A stretch of 64,000 bases of DNA from Alphaproteobacteria bacterium (lineage in GTDB: Bacteria; Pseudomonadota; Alphaproteobacteria; Bin95). The stretch lies in contig OZ244041.1 of the NCBI GenBank assembly GCA_965215305.1, forward strand, positions 1,257,689 to 1,321,688. Reading direction: 5' to 3'. This document shows, piece by piece, positions 49,619-59,745 of the stretch. How positions within the stretch are numbered: position 1 is the first letter of the stretch; each line of letters starts with the position of its first letter. The notes beneath the pieces are model-generated. The model made no database searches. It was not told the DNA's origin and worked only from the letters and a program-made list of their open reading frames with translations. The position numbers and the translations under genes are program-made.

Positions 49619-50533
49619 GTGTTCGAAGCCGCTGAAACGCTCCAGCACGCCGCCTGGCTGGCGGTGGCGGGTGGCATGGTCCTGCTGGCGCTCGGCGGCG
49701 TCCACCTGCTGCTGGTCTATGCCGGGCTGCTCGTGAGGAGGGAGCGCGGCTGGAGCCACTGGGCGGGAAGACGGTCCTTCACCGCCGCGCTGGTGCTGCT
49801 GCTCGGCGCGGCGCTGATGCAGGTGGTGGCGCATCGCGGCCTCTCCGGCCGCCCGGACAGCGCCATCGCCGCCACGCCCAAAGTCGCGGATGGCGCCGCC
49901 GCGCCGAACACGGCGAACATTACGGATGGCGGCATTGGCGCCGCCGCGCCGAACGCGGGAGAGGTCCTGGCCGCACGGGAGCCGGCGGAGGACAGCCCGA
50001 AGGCGACCATGCACCCGGGCGTCTCGGCTGCAGCGGCCGCAGCCGCTTTCGGCGAGGCGCTCGCCGCCCGGAGCGCCGGGCGGGCGGCGGAGGCCGAGCG
50101 CGCCTACGGCCGAGCCCGCGATGCCTTCGCCGCGCTGGGCGACGCAAGGCGGGAGGCGGACGCGCTGCACGGGCTCGGTGATATGGCGCTTGCCCGCAGG
50201 GATATTGCCGGCGCGGAGCGGCTCTATATGGAAGCGCGGCGGCTCTTCGCCGGCCTCGGCAACAGGATCGGCGAGGCGAATGCGCTGGTCGGGCTCGCCT
50301 CGGTGAAAGCGCAGAGCGGTCGTCGCGAGGAGGCCGCGCGCCGGCTCGACGAGGCCCATGTCATCTATCTCAGCGCGGTCTCCGTCGGCGGCCGCGCCAA
50401 TGTCGCGCTGGCGCGTGCGGGCCTGGCGACCGATCCGGCAAGGGCGCGACGGCTCTACCGGGACGCCGCCGGCCTCTATATGCGGGCGGGCCTGCCGGAC
50501 TGGGCCGACTACGCGCTCAGCCGCGCGCGCTGA
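49619..50533 (+). CDS. membrane-anchored TPR-like repeat protein (hypothetical)
   Basis: N-terminal TM helices followed by Ala/Arg-rich tandem helical repeats (YGRARDAFAALGD..., LYMEARRLFAGLGN...). GTG start is uncertain. Confidence 0.5.
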   Translation: MFEAAETLQHAAWLAVAGGMVLLALGGVHLLLVYAGLLVRRERGWSHWAGRRSFTAALVLLLGAALMQVVAHRGLSGRPDSAIAATPKVADGAAAPNTANITDGGIGAAAPNAGEVLAAREPAEDSPKATMHPGVSAAAAAAAFGEALAARSAGRAAEAERAYGRARDAFAALGDARREADALHGLGDMALARRDIAGAERLYMEARRLFAGLGNRIGEANALVGLASVKAQSGRREEAARRLDEAHVIYLSAVSVGGRANVALARAGLATDPARARRLYRDAAGLYMRAGLPDWADYALSRAR

Positions 50534-50545
50534 GCCCGGGGCCCC

Positions 50546-51256
50546 CTACGGGCCGAGGGCCTGCCCGTGCGCCGTGCAACCGGGAGAGGCGAGACGCAGG
50601 ATGAGGTCCGCCGCGGCGGCGGGGGTGGGCAGGGCCGCCGGGTCCTCGCCCGGATAGGCGGCGGCGCGCAGCCTTGTGCGCATCGGCCCCGGATCGACGA
50701 GATTGACGCGGAGCGCCGTGCGCGCCGTCTCCGCCGCCCAGGCCAGAACCAGCGCCTCAAGCGCGGCCTTGCTGGCGGCATAGGCGCCCCAATAGGCCCG
50801 GCCCGCGGGATAGCCGGTGACGAACACGGCCCGGCCCGCGGGCGCCCGGCGCAATAGCGGGTCGGCCATGCGGATGAGGCGCATGGCGGCATTGAGATTG
50901 GTGTCGAGCGCGCGCTGCCAGGCGTCGTCGGCGATCTGGTGCGCCGGCCCGAGCGCGCCAAGCGCGGCGGCCGCCGACACGAGGATGTCCAGACGCCCGA
51001 AGCGGCCGCCGAGCGCGGCGAGTGCGCGTTCGACGTCTCCGGGCCGGGTGAGGTCGAGCGGGCAGAGTGTGGCCCGCCCGCCCGCGGCGCGGACCGCGTC
51101 ATCGGTCTCCTCCAGCCCGCCGACTGTGCGGGCGAGCAACACGACATGCGCGCCGGCTGCAGCCAGCTTCACCGCCGCTGCGCGGCCGAGGCCGCCGGAC
51201 GCGCCGGTGACGAGCGCGACCCGGTCGGCGAACGGCTCCGGATCGGGTGGCGGCAC
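50546..51256 (-). CDS. SDR-family oxidoreductase
   Basis: VALVTGASGGLGRAAAVKLAAAGAHVVLLAR. YxxxK present. Confidence 0.85.
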   Translation of the reverse strand: MPPPDPEPFADRVALVTGASGGLGRAAAVKLAAAGAHVVLLARTVGGLEETDDAVRAAGGRATLCPLDLTRPGDVERALAALGGRFGRLDILVSAAAALGALGPAHQIADDAWQRALDTNLNAAMRLIRMADPLLRRAPAGRAVFVTGYPAGRAYWGAYAASKAALEALVLAWAAETARTALRVNLVDPGPMRTRLRAAAYPGEDPAALPTPAAAADLILRLASPGCTAHGQALGP

Positions 51257-51264
51257 GGGCCGGC

Positions 51265-52719
51265 TCAGGCCAGCTCGTCGAGCAGCGACATCCGGTCTTC
51301 AGCCGCGCCTTCCCGTCGGTCGCGCAGGTCGATCGGGTAGTCGCCGGTGAAGCAGGCATCGCAGAAGGCCGGCGCCCCGCCGCGCCCCCCGGCCTCCCCG
51401 AGCGCGCGATAGAGACCGTCCAGGCTGACGAAAGCGAGCGAATCGACGCCGATTTCGCGGCGCATCCGCTCGAGGTCGAACCGCGCGGCCAGCAGCGTTT
51501 CGCGGCGCGGCGTGTCGATGCCGTAGAAGCAGGAATGGGTCGTGGGCGGACTGGAAATCCGCATATGCACTTCCGCCGCCCCGGCATTGCGCACCATCTC
51601 GACGATCTTGGTCGAGGTTGTGCCGCGCACGATACTGTCATCCACCAGAACGACGCGCTTGCCGGCCAGCACCGCCTTGTTGGCGTTGTGCTTCAGGCGC
51701 ACGCCGAGATGGCGGATCTGCTGCGTCGGCTCGATGAAGGTCCGTCCGACATAGTGGTTGCGGATGATGCCGAGGCTGAAGGGCAAACCGGCCTGCTGGG
51801 CGTAGCCGAGCCCGGCGGGCACGCCGGAATCGGGCACGGGCACGACCACATCGGCCGGCGCCGGCGCCTCGCGGGCGAGCTCGCGGCCGATCTCCATGCG
51901 GGCCTCATAGACGCTGCGGCCGAACACGGCGCTGTCCGGCCGGGCGAAATAGATGAGCTCGAAGATGCAGGGCCGCGCCGGGGCGGAGCCGAAGGGGAAC
52001 AGCGACTCGAGTCGGCCGCCGTCCACCACCACCATCTCGCCCGGTTCTATGTCACGGACATAATCCGCCCCGATTATGTCGAGCGCGCAGGTCTCGGAGG
52101 CGAGGATCCACGCCGCGCCCAGCCGCCCGAGCACCAGCGGGCGCACACCGTGGGGGTCGCGCACGCCGAACAGCTTGCTGCGCGATATGGCGACGAGCGA
52201 ATAGGCGCCCTCGATCTCCCCCAGCGCCTCGACGATCCGGTCCGCCAGCCGTTCCTTCCGGCTGCGCGCGATGAGATGAATGATGACCTCGGTGTCGGTC
52301 GTGCTCTGGAAGAGCGCGCCTCCGCCCGCCAGCCGGCGCCGGATCGAAAGCGCATTGGTCAGATTGCCGTTATGCGCCACCGCAACGCCGCCGAAGGCGA
52401 AATCCGCGAACAGTGGCTGGATGTTGCGGGCCACCGGCGCGCCGGTCGTCGAATAGCGGTTGTGGCCGATGGCGATCACGCCCTGGAGGCGCCCGATCGC
52501 TTCCTCATTGCCAAAGGTCTCGCTAACCTGGCCGGGCCCGCGCAGGCTGTAGAACTGTTTGCCGTCACAGGAGACGATGCCGGCCGATTGCTGGCCGCGA
52601 TGCTGCAGGGCATGCAGGCCGAGCGCCGTATGCGCGGCTGCATCGGCATGCCCGGCGATGCCGAACACTCCACATTCCTCATGCAGCTTGTCGTCGTCGA
52701 AGGGATGCACGGCGCGCAA
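51265..52719 (-). CDS. purF: amidophosphoribosyltransferase
   Basis: Propeptide followed by the catalytic CGVFGI. PRPP-binding motif. Confidence 0.95.
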   Translation of the reverse strand: MRAVHPFDDDKLHEECGVFGIAGHADAAAHTALGLHALQHRGQQSAGIVSCDGKQFYSLRGPGQVSETFGNEEAIGRLQGVIAIGHNRYSTTGAPVARNIQPLFADFAFGGVAVAHNGNLTNALSIRRRLAGGGALFQSTTDTEVIIHLIARSRKERLADRIVEALGEIEGAYSLVAISRSKLFGVRDPHGVRPLVLGRLGAAWILASETCALDIIGADYVRDIEPGEMVVVDGGRLESLFPFGSAPARPCIFELIYFARPDSAVFGRSVYEARMEIGRELAREAPAPADVVVPVPDSGVPAGLGYAQQAGLPFSLGIIRNHYVGRTFIEPTQQIRHLGVRLKHNANKAVLAGKRVVLVDDSIVRGTTSTKIVEMVRNAGAAEVHMRISSPPTTHSCFYGIDTPRRETLLAARFDLERMRREIGVDSLAFVSLDGLYRALGEAGGRGGAPAFCDACFTGDYPIDLRDRREGAAEDRMSLLDELA

Positions 52720-52734
52720 AAGGGCCTCCCTTCG

Positions 52735-53403
52735 CTAATTCCCGCCGATCAGCCGGTCAAGGTCGCGGCGATCCCGGTCGTTATAGCCCTTGGGCGGGGC
52801 TTTTGCAGCCGTTTCCGCCTCGGCTTCGGGCCGCTCCAGTTTCTCGTAGAGGCGATCGCCGGCTTCAAGCCGCTCGAGTTCGCGCTGTATGCGGTCTTTT
52901 TCCGTTGCGCCGTAATCGGCGAGGCGCGGCGGCAAGAGCTTCTCGATCTCGCCGGCCCCGGCGGTCACGAGCGGGATGCTGCGGGCATTCTGCACCCAGC
53001 CCGGCTGGTGTTCGGGCGGCACGAGCCTGGTGACGACAAGATAGAGCGCGCAGATGATGACGGTGCCCCTGACGAGGCCGAACAGAAAGCCGAGCGCCCG
53101 GTCCAGCGCGCCGTGCCTGGAGCGCTCCACAAGGCCGGCGATCCGCCCCGTAATGAGGGAGAGCAGCGCCAGGGCCACGAGGAAGCCGCCCGCGCCGGCG
53201 GCGATCCGGGCCAGTATCTCAGGCTGGACATATGGCAACAAAAACCCCACCAGCGGGTCGAAGGCGAACCAGGCGATGACAGCGGCGCCGATCCAGCTTG
53301 CCAGCGAAAACACCTCGCGCACGAAGCCGCGCAGATAGGCGATGATGGCCGAAACCACGACGGTCGCGAAGAGCGCGAGGTCGAGCGCGTAGATATCGGT
53401 CAT
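52735..53403 (-). CDS. cvpA: CvpA-family membrane protein
   Basis: 222 aa. TM-rich N-terminus. Classic purF-adjacent position. Confidence 0.85.
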   Translation of the reverse strand: MTDIYALDLALFATVVVSAIIAYLRGFVREVFSLASWIGAAVIAWFAFDPLVGFLLPYVQPEILARIAAGAGGFLVALALLSLITGRIAGLVERSRHGALDRALGFLFGLVRGTVIICALYLVVTRLVPPEHQPGWVQNARSIPLVTAGAGEIEKLLPPRLADYGATEKDRIQRELERLEAGDRLYEKLERPEAEAETAAKAPPKGYNDRDRRDLDRLIGGN

Positions 53404-54776
53404 GCGCGAATGCGCCTCTCCGCGCGCAAACCGGCGCCGAGCCGGGCGGCCACCTCCGCGACATGGCTGACCGTCTCTATGCCGAGCCCGCCGCCGGCCG
53501 GCGGCTTCCTCGCCGAAGGGATGACGGCCGTCTCGAAGCCGAGCTTGCGCGCCTCGCGGAGCCGCGCATCGCCATGCGCGACCGGGCGGATCTCGCCGGT
53601 CAATCCGATCTCGCCGAACCAGACGCGGCCCGCCGGCGCGGCCGCGCCTTCCAGGGAGGAGATGAGCGCGGCGGCGGCAGCCAGGTCCGCCGCCGGCTCG
53701 GAAATGCGCAGCCCGCCCGCGACATTCAGATAGATGTCGCGCCCGCCGAGCGCGATCCCGGCCCTTGCCTCCAGCACGGCCAGCACCATGGCGAGCCGCC
53801 CGGCATCCCAGCCGACCACCGCGCGGCGCGGCGAGCCGGCGGCGGGCGGCCCCACCAGCGCCTGGATTTCGACCAGAAGCGGCCGCGCGCCCTCCACGCC
53901 CGCAAACACCGCCGTGCCGGGGAGCGCCGCCCCGTCCTGCCGTTCGCCCAGGAAAAGCGCAGAGGGATTGGCGACCTCGCCGAGGCCCCGGTCGGTCATC
54001 TCGAACACGCCGATTTCGTCGGTGGCCCCGTAGCGGTTCTTCACCGCCCGCAGGATGCGGAAATGGTGGCCGCGCTCGCCCTCGAAGTAGAGCACCGTAT
54101 CGACCATGTGCTCCAGCACGCGCGGGCCCGCTATGGCGCCGTCCTTGGTGACATGACCGACGAGCAGGAGCGCCGTGCCGCGCCGGCGGGCGACCTCGAT
54201 CAGCGCCTGGGCCGAAGCGCGCACCTGCGCCACCGAGCCGGCGGCCGAGTCGAGACCGTCGAGATGCACGGTCTGGATCGAATCCACCACGGCGACCTCG
54301 CCCCGCTCCGACAGCGTGGCCGCAATGTCGCCTGCCGCCGTAGCCGCCGCGAGCGCAACCGGCGCCGCCGCCATGCCCAGGCGCCGGGCCCGCATGGCGA
54401 TTTGCGAGACGGCCTCCTCCCCGGTGACATAGAGGCAGTCATGTCCCTGGGCCGCGAGTTTCGCCACCGCCTGCAACAGCAGGGTGGACTTGCCGATGCC
54501 GGGGTCGCCGCCGATGAGCACGCAGCTTCCCGGCACCAGCCCGCCGCCCAGCACGCGGTCGAACTCGGCGATGCCGGTCGCGCGGCGCTCGACCGGCGGC
54601 GCCGCGGCGTCCAGCGGCTGCAGGTCCAGCCGGCGGCCCGCCCGTCCCGGGGTTGCCGGCGCCGCCGCTTCCTCGACGAGGCTGTTCCACGCTCCGCAGC
54701 TTGCGCAACGCCCCGCCCACTGGCGTGCCGCCGCCCCGCAGCTCTGGCAGACATAGCTGCGGTCCCTGCGGCTCAC
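53400..54776 (-). CDS. radA: DNA repair protein RadA
   Basis: N-terminal C4 zinc finger (CQSCGAAARQWAGRCASCGAWNS). RecA-like ATPase GKST. Lon-like C-terminus. Confidence 0.95.
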   Translation of the reverse strand: MSRRDRSYVCQSCGAAARQWAGRCASCGAWNSLVEEAAAPATPGRAGRRLDLQPLDAAAPPVERRATGIAEFDRVLGGGLVPGSCVLIGGDPGIGKSTLLLQAVAKLAAQGHDCLYVTGEEAVSQIAMRARRLGMAAAPVALAAATAAGDIAATLSERGEVAVVDSIQTVHLDGLDSAAGSVAQVRASAQALIEVARRRGTALLLVGHVTKDGAIAGPRVLEHMVDTVLYFEGERGHHFRILRAVKNRYGATDEIGVFEMTDRGLGEVANPSALFLGERQDGAALPGTAVFAGVEGARPLLVEIQALVGPPAAGSPRRAVVGWDAGRLAMVLAVLEARAGIALGGRDIYLNVAGGLRISEPAADLAAAAALISSLEGAAAPAGRVWFGEIGLTGEIRPVAHGDARLREARKLGFETAVIPSARKPPAGGGLGIETVSHVAEVAARLGAGLRAERRIRA

Positions 54777-55546
54777 CGGCGCACCGCCATGCGAATCGGC
54801 CCCGAGGCGCGGCCGTGGATGAACTGGTCCACATAGGCGTTGCCGCTTCCGTCGATCTCCGAGATCGGTCCCGACCAGACGATCCGGCCCTCATGCAGCA
54901 TGGCGATGCGGTCGGCGATCTTGCGCGCGCTCGCCATGTCGTGGGTAATGGAGAGCGCCGTCGCGCCGAGCTCGCGCACGCACTGGACGATCAGGTCGTT
55001 GATGACATCGGCCATGATCGGGTCCAGGCCCGTGGTCGGCTCGTCGAAGAAGACGATGTCCGGGCGCGCGGCGATGGCGCGGGCCAGCGCCACGCGCTTC
55101 TGCATCCCGCCCGAAAGCTCCGCCGGCATCAGTTCGCCGACCTCCGGGCCGAGGCCGACCCGGGTGAGCGTATCCAGCGCCACCGGCTTGGCCTCCCCGC
55201 GGGATTTCTGCCCGGCCGCCACCAGTCCGAACGCCACATTCTCCCAGACGGACAGGCTGTCGAACAGCGCGCCGCCCTGGAACAGCATGCCCATGCGCGC
55301 ATTGACCGCCTCGCGCGCCGCGCCCCTGAGACCGACCGATTCCATCCCGTCGATCAGTATGCTGCCGCTGTCCGGCTCGACAAGGCCGAGCGCGCATTTG
55401 ATCGTGACCGACTTGCCGGTGCCCGACCCGCCGATAACGACCACCGACTCGCCTGCGCCGACATCGAGATCGACGCCGCGCAGCACGTTCTTCGCGCCGA
55501 AGGCCTTGTACAGGCCCCTGATGCGGATCTTCGGCTCGCCGCTCAT
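54773..55546 (-). CDS. mlaF: ABC transporter ATP-binding protein, MlaF-like
   Basis: 257 aa from MSGEPKIRIRGLYKAFG. ATGA overlaps with both neighbours. Confidence 0.85.
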   Translation of the reverse strand: MSGEPKIRIRGLYKAFGAKNVLRGVDLDVGAGESVVVIGGSGTGKSVTIKCALGLVEPDSGSILIDGMESVGLRGAAREAVNARMGMLFQGGALFDSLSVWENVAFGLVAAGQKSRGEAKPVALDTLTRVGLGPEVGELMPAELSGGMQKRVALARAIAARPDIVFFDEPTTGLDPIMADVINDLIVQCVRELGATALSITHDMASARKIADRIAMLHEGRIVWSGPISEIDGSGNAYVDQFIHGRASGPIRMAVRR

Positions 55547-56316
55547 TTGGCGAAGAACAGTTCGGTGATGATGTAGTTGGACACCAGGATGAGGATGGCG
55601 GAGGAAACCACCGCATCCGTCGCCGCGCGGCCGACGCCCTGCGCGCCGCCCTCCGAGCGGTAGCCGTGATAGCAGCCCATCAGCGAGACGAGGAATCCGA
55701 AGGCTGCAGCCTTGACCAGGCCCGTCGCGACATCGCGGACTTCGACGAACCGCCATGTCTGGTCGATATAGGCGGCGGGCGCGAAATCGAGCTTGTAGAT
55801 GCCGACGATATAGCCGCCGAATATGCCGATGACATCGCCGACCAGCACCAGCAGCGGCAGCATGGCGAAGCCGGCGAGAATGCGGGGCGCGACGAGATAC
55901 TTCATCGGGTCCGTCGACAGCGTGGACAGCGCGTCGATCTGTTCGGTGACGCGCATCGTGCCGAGTTCCGCCGCCATGGACGCGCCGACCCGCCCGGCGA
56001 CCATCAGCCCCGCCAGCACCGGCGCGAGTTCGCGCGTGATCGCCAGCGACACCACGCCCGCGACCGCACCCTCGGCCGAGAAGCGCGCGAAGCCGGTATG
56101 GCTCTGGAGCGCCAGCACCATGCCGCTGAACAGCGTCGTCAGCGCCACCACGGGCAGGGAGTAGTAGCCGATATCCACCATCTGGCGCAGCAGCACGCGC
56201 GGATAGAAGGGCGGGCGCACCATGTGCGACACAGCGGAGGCGGCGAACAGCACCAGTCGGCCGATCGCCTCGAGCTGGGCGAGAAAGGCCCGGCCGATCG
56301 CGGCCAGCGGCTTCAA
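55543..56316 (-). CDS. mlaE: ABC transporter permease, MlaE-like
   Basis: 257 aa MlaE/DUF140-family permease. Confidence 0.85.
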   Translation of the reverse strand: MKPLAAIGRAFLAQLEAIGRLVLFAASAVSHMVRPPFYPRVLLRQMVDIGYYSLPVVALTTLFSGMVLALQSHTGFARFSAEGAVAGVVSLAITRELAPVLAGLMVAGRVGASMAAELGTMRVTEQIDALSTLSTDPMKYLVAPRILAGFAMLPLLVLVGDVIGIFGGYIVGIYKLDFAPAAYIDQTWRFVEVRDVATGLVKAAAFGFLVSLMGCYHGYRSEGGAQGVGRAATDAVVSSAILILVSNYIITELFFAK

Positions 56317-57416
56317 GCGCCGGAACCCCCGCCGCCCGTATAGCGGCGCGCATAGCGTGCGCCCAGCGAGGTCAGGAATTCGTAGCCGATGGTGCCGGCG
56401 GCGTCCGCGAGTTCGTCGGCGTCCATGCCCTCGCCGATCAGCACCGCCCAGTCTCCCGGCCTGACGGAGCCGGGCGGCAGCCCGGTCACGTCCAGTATGA
56501 TCGAATCCATCGACACGCGCCCGACCAACGGCGCCCTCCGGCCGTGCAGCAACGCCCCGGCCCTGGGGCTTGCGGCCCGTAGATAGCCGTCCGCATAGCC
56601 GGCAGCAACCGTGGCCAGCCGCTGGCCGGGGCGGATTTCGGCCTCCGCGCCGTAGCCGACCGTGAGCGGCCGGTCAGCCTTGCGGACCTGGAGCACACGG
56701 GCCTCGAGGTGCAGCACGGGCCGCATCGGGCTCGGCAGGCCCGGCGTCGGGTTGAGGCCGTAAAGCGCCATGCCGGGCCGGGCGATATCGAAGCGGTAGC
56801 CGGGGCCGAGGAAGATGCCGGAGGAATTGGCGAGGCTCGCCGGGGCGTCAAACCGGGCGGCCAGGTCCGCGAACAGGCGGCGCTGGGTCTCGTTCAGGCC
56901 GTGCTCCGGCTCATCGGCGCAGGCGAGATGGCTCATGACCATGCGGAAGCGCCGCCGCTGTAGCGCGCCCGCCTCCGCGGGATCGAGGCCGAGACGTGTC
57001 ATGCCGGTGTCGATATGCAGCACGGCGTCTTCGCCCGGCCAGGCGGCGAGGTCGCCCATATGGTTCAGCACCGGCAGCAGGCGGTGGTTGCGATAGGCCG
57101 CCTGGAAGCCCTCCACCGGCGCGCTGAGCACGGCGATTTCCGCATCGGGAAGCAGGCGTCTGAGCGTTGCGCCCTCGTCCAGCCCGGCCACGAAAAACAG
57201 GGAGCAGCCGGCCCGGTGGAGCGCGGGCGCGACGCGGTCCATGCCGAGCCCGTAGGCATCCGCCTTGACAACGCCGGCGACGACCGTCGGAGCCGCCAGG
57301 TCGCGCAGGGTCCGCCAATTGCAGACAATGGCATCGAGGTCGATCCTGAGCCGGCCCGGCGGCGCCAGAAGATCGTTCCCGCCCGGCGGCGGGGCCTCAG
57401 ACGGGCGCCTCGCCAT
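56313..57416 (-). CDS. alr: alanine racemase
   Basis: PLP-site motif VVKADAYGLG. Confidence 0.85.
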   Translation of the reverse strand: MARRPSEAPPPGGNDLLAPPGRLRIDLDAIVCNWRTLRDLAAPTVVAGVVKADAYGLGMDRVAPALHRAGCSLFFVAGLDEGATLRRLLPDAEIAVLSAPVEGFQAAYRNHRLLPVLNHMGDLAAWPGEDAVLHIDTGMTRLGLDPAEAGALQRRRFRMVMSHLACADEPEHGLNETQRRLFADLAARFDAPASLANSSGIFLGPGYRFDIARPGMALYGLNPTPGLPSPMRPVLHLEARVLQVRKADRPLTVGYGAEAEIRPGQRLATVAAGYADGYLRAASPRAGALLHGRRAPLVGRVSMDSIILDVTGLPPGSVRPGDWAVLIGEGMDADELADAAGTIGYEFLTSLGARYARRYTGGGGSGA

Positions 57417-58914
57417 CCCGGCTCTTGTCGAGGTTGGCGAAGCGGGTGTACCGGCCCTCGAATTGGAGCTCGATCCTGCCCGTCGGCCCGTGGCGCTGCT
57501 TGGCGATAATGACATCGGCGAGATTGTGGACCCCTTCCATCTTGTCCTGCCAGTCCCGGTGCTCGTCGGTGCCCTCCGGCGGCTCCTTGCGGGCGAGATA
57601 GTATTCCTCCCGGTAAATGAACATCACCACGTCGGCATCCTGCTCGATAGACCCGGATTCGCGCAGGTCCGCAAGCTGCGGGCGCTTGTCCTCGCGCTGC
57701 TCCACGGCGCGCGAAAGCTGGGAAACGGCCAGGATCGGCAGGTCCAGTTCCTTGGCCACGGTCTTGAGGCCGCGGGTGATTTCCGAGACCTCCTGCACGC
57801 GGTTTTCCGGCCGGCGCCCGGCGCTCGGCTGCATGAGCTGGATATAGTCCACCACGATAAGGTCGAGCCGCCCGTGGCTGCGCAGCAGGCGCCGGGCGCG
57901 GGTGCGAAGCTGCGAAACGGTGATCGCCGGCGTGTCGTCGATGAAGAGCTTCAGGTTTTCGAGCGTCTGGCTCGCCTGGAATACCGAGTCGAACTCGGCC
58001 TGGCTGATACGCCCGCGCCGGATCTCATCCGAGGAAACCTGCGCCTGCTCGGCCAGGATGCGCAGCGCCAATTGCTCGGCCGACATTTCCAGGGAGAAGA
58101 CGGCCACCGCATAGCCGTCGATCTCGTGGACCTCGTCGTCCTCGCCGCGTTCCCGCACACGCGCCCGCGCGGCGTTGAAGGCGATATTGGTGGCCAACGC
58201 GGTCTTGCCCATGCCCGGCCGCCCGGCCAGCACCAGGAAGTCGGAGCGCTGGAGGCCGCCGAGCTTCGCGTTGAGATCGTTGAAACCGGTTGTCACGCCG
58301 GTCAGGCTGCCTTCCCGGCGGAAGGCGCTTTCGGCCATGTCGATGGCGGCGGCGAGCGTCCCGGAAAAGGGCCGGAAGCCCGTCTGCCCGGCCCCGGTCG
58401 TAGCGAGCTCGAACAGCCGGTGTTCGGCCTTTTCGATGCGGCCCGCGGCGGTGAGTTCGATATCACTGTCATAGGCTTCGTTCACCACCTCGCCGCCGAT
58501 GGAGATGAGCGCGCGGCGTAAATGCAGGTCGTGGATCGCCTGCCCGAAGGAGACGGCGTCGATAACGCCGATAGCGCTGGCTGCGAGCTCGGCCAGATAG
58601 CGCGGGCCGCCCACATCGGCGAGCCGGTCCTGCTGCTGGAAATAGTCCCTGAGGGTCGCCGGGCTGGCCTGGCCGCCGCGCTCGGTCACGCGCCGGATGG
58701 CGTCGTAGATGCGTCGGTGGCTTGGGTCGAAGAAATGGTCCGCCTCCAGGAAGTCGGCGACCTGCTCCAGGATGCGGTTGTCCACCAGGACCGCACCGAG
58801 CAGCGCCATCTCGATCTCGAGATTGGCGGGGAGCTGGCGATAGGCGAGGTCGTCGTCTGGCGGGGCCTCGAAGGGCGGCTCCTCCAGGAGCCAGGGATCG
58901 GCTTGTGCTGTCAT
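57397..58914 (-). CDS. dnaB: replicative DNA helicase DnaB
   Basis: 505 aa. Walker A GRPGMGKTA. DnaB N- and C-domains. Confidence 0.95.
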   Translation of the reverse strand: MTAQADPWLLEEPPFEAPPDDDLAYRQLPANLEIEMALLGAVLVDNRILEQVADFLEADHFFDPSHRRIYDAIRRVTERGGQASPATLRDYFQQQDRLADVGGPRYLAELAASAIGVIDAVSFGQAIHDLHLRRALISIGGEVVNEAYDSDIELTAAGRIEKAEHRLFELATTGAGQTGFRPFSGTLAAAIDMAESAFRREGSLTGVTTGFNDLNAKLGGLQRSDFLVLAGRPGMGKTALATNIAFNAARARVRERGEDDEVHEIDGYAVAVFSLEMSAEQLALRILAEQAQVSSDEIRRGRISQAEFDSVFQASQTLENLKLFIDDTPAITVSQLRTRARRLLRSHGRLDLIVVDYIQLMQPSAGRRPENRVQEVSEITRGLKTVAKELDLPILAVSQLSRAVEQREDKRPQLADLRESGSIEQDADVVMFIYREEYYLARKEPPEGTDEHRDWQDKMEGVHNLADVIIAKQRHGPTGRIELQFEGRYTRFANLDKSRDGEAPV

Positions 58915-58987
58915 GAGAGGGTCATTAGACCGGGGCGCGATTATCGTGTCTCTAGGGATAACTTGGAAAGAAGGGATAACCGCCGCT

Positions 58988-59725
58988 ATGCACCGCCTCA
59001 TCTCGCTCGAAGGCGCAACGAATGTCCGCGACCTCGGCGGCTACGAGGCCGTTGACGGCCGCCGGGTCCGCTGGCGTCGGCTGTTCCGGGCCGACGGGCT
59101 GCACCGGCTGACCTCCGGCGACGGCGAGGCGCTGGCGGCGCTCGGCCTCGGGGAGGCGCTGGACCTGCGCTACGGGCCGGAGCGCGCGGGCGAGCCCGCC
59201 TGCTTGCCCGAGGGAATCTCGAGCGTGCATATCGGCCTCGCCGAGGCGCCGGGCGCGTCGCTGCTGGAGACGCTGAACCTGGGCGGCGTGACCTCGTCGC
59301 AGGCCGCGATGGCGTGGCTGACGGCAAGCTATGCGGGATACCCGGACGTCTATGCGCCCGCCTGCGGGGCGATCCTCCGCCGGTTGATTGCCACCGGCGC
59401 GCCGCCGCTGCTCTTCCACTGCATCGCCGGCAAGGACCGCACGGGCTTCGCCGCCGCCATCGTGCTGGAGGCGCTGGGCGTGTCCCGCGAGACGATCATG
59501 GAGGACTATCTGCTCACCAACCGCCACTGGGACCGCGGCGACCGCGAACCCGAAGGCCTGCCGCGCGAAATCTACGAACCGGTGTTCTCCGCGAGGGAGG
59601 ACTATCTGGCCGCTTCATGGGCAACACTGGACCGGGACCATGGCGGGCTGGAGGCATGGCTCGACAGAGCGGTGGATTTCGGCGCAGCGGAGCGGGAGCA
59701 GCTCAGGGCGGGGTTGCTGGAGTAG
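58988..59725 (+). CDS. protein-tyrosine phosphatase (Y_phosphatase3-like)
   Basis: P-loop HCIAGKDRTG (CX5R). Confidence 0.75.
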   Translation: MHRLISLEGATNVRDLGGYEAVDGRRVRWRRLFRADGLHRLTSGDGEALAALGLGEALDLRYGPERAGEPACLPEGISSVHIGLAEAPGASLLETLNLGGVTSSQAAMAWLTASYAGYPDVYAPACGAILRRLIATGAPPLLFHCIAGKDRTGFAAAIVLEALGVSRETIMEDYLLTNRHWDRGDREPEGLPREIYEPVFSAREDYLAASWATLDRDHGGLEAWLDRAVDFGAAEREQLRAGLLE

Positions 59726-59745
59726 AGAAGGTCGACAAAATTACG

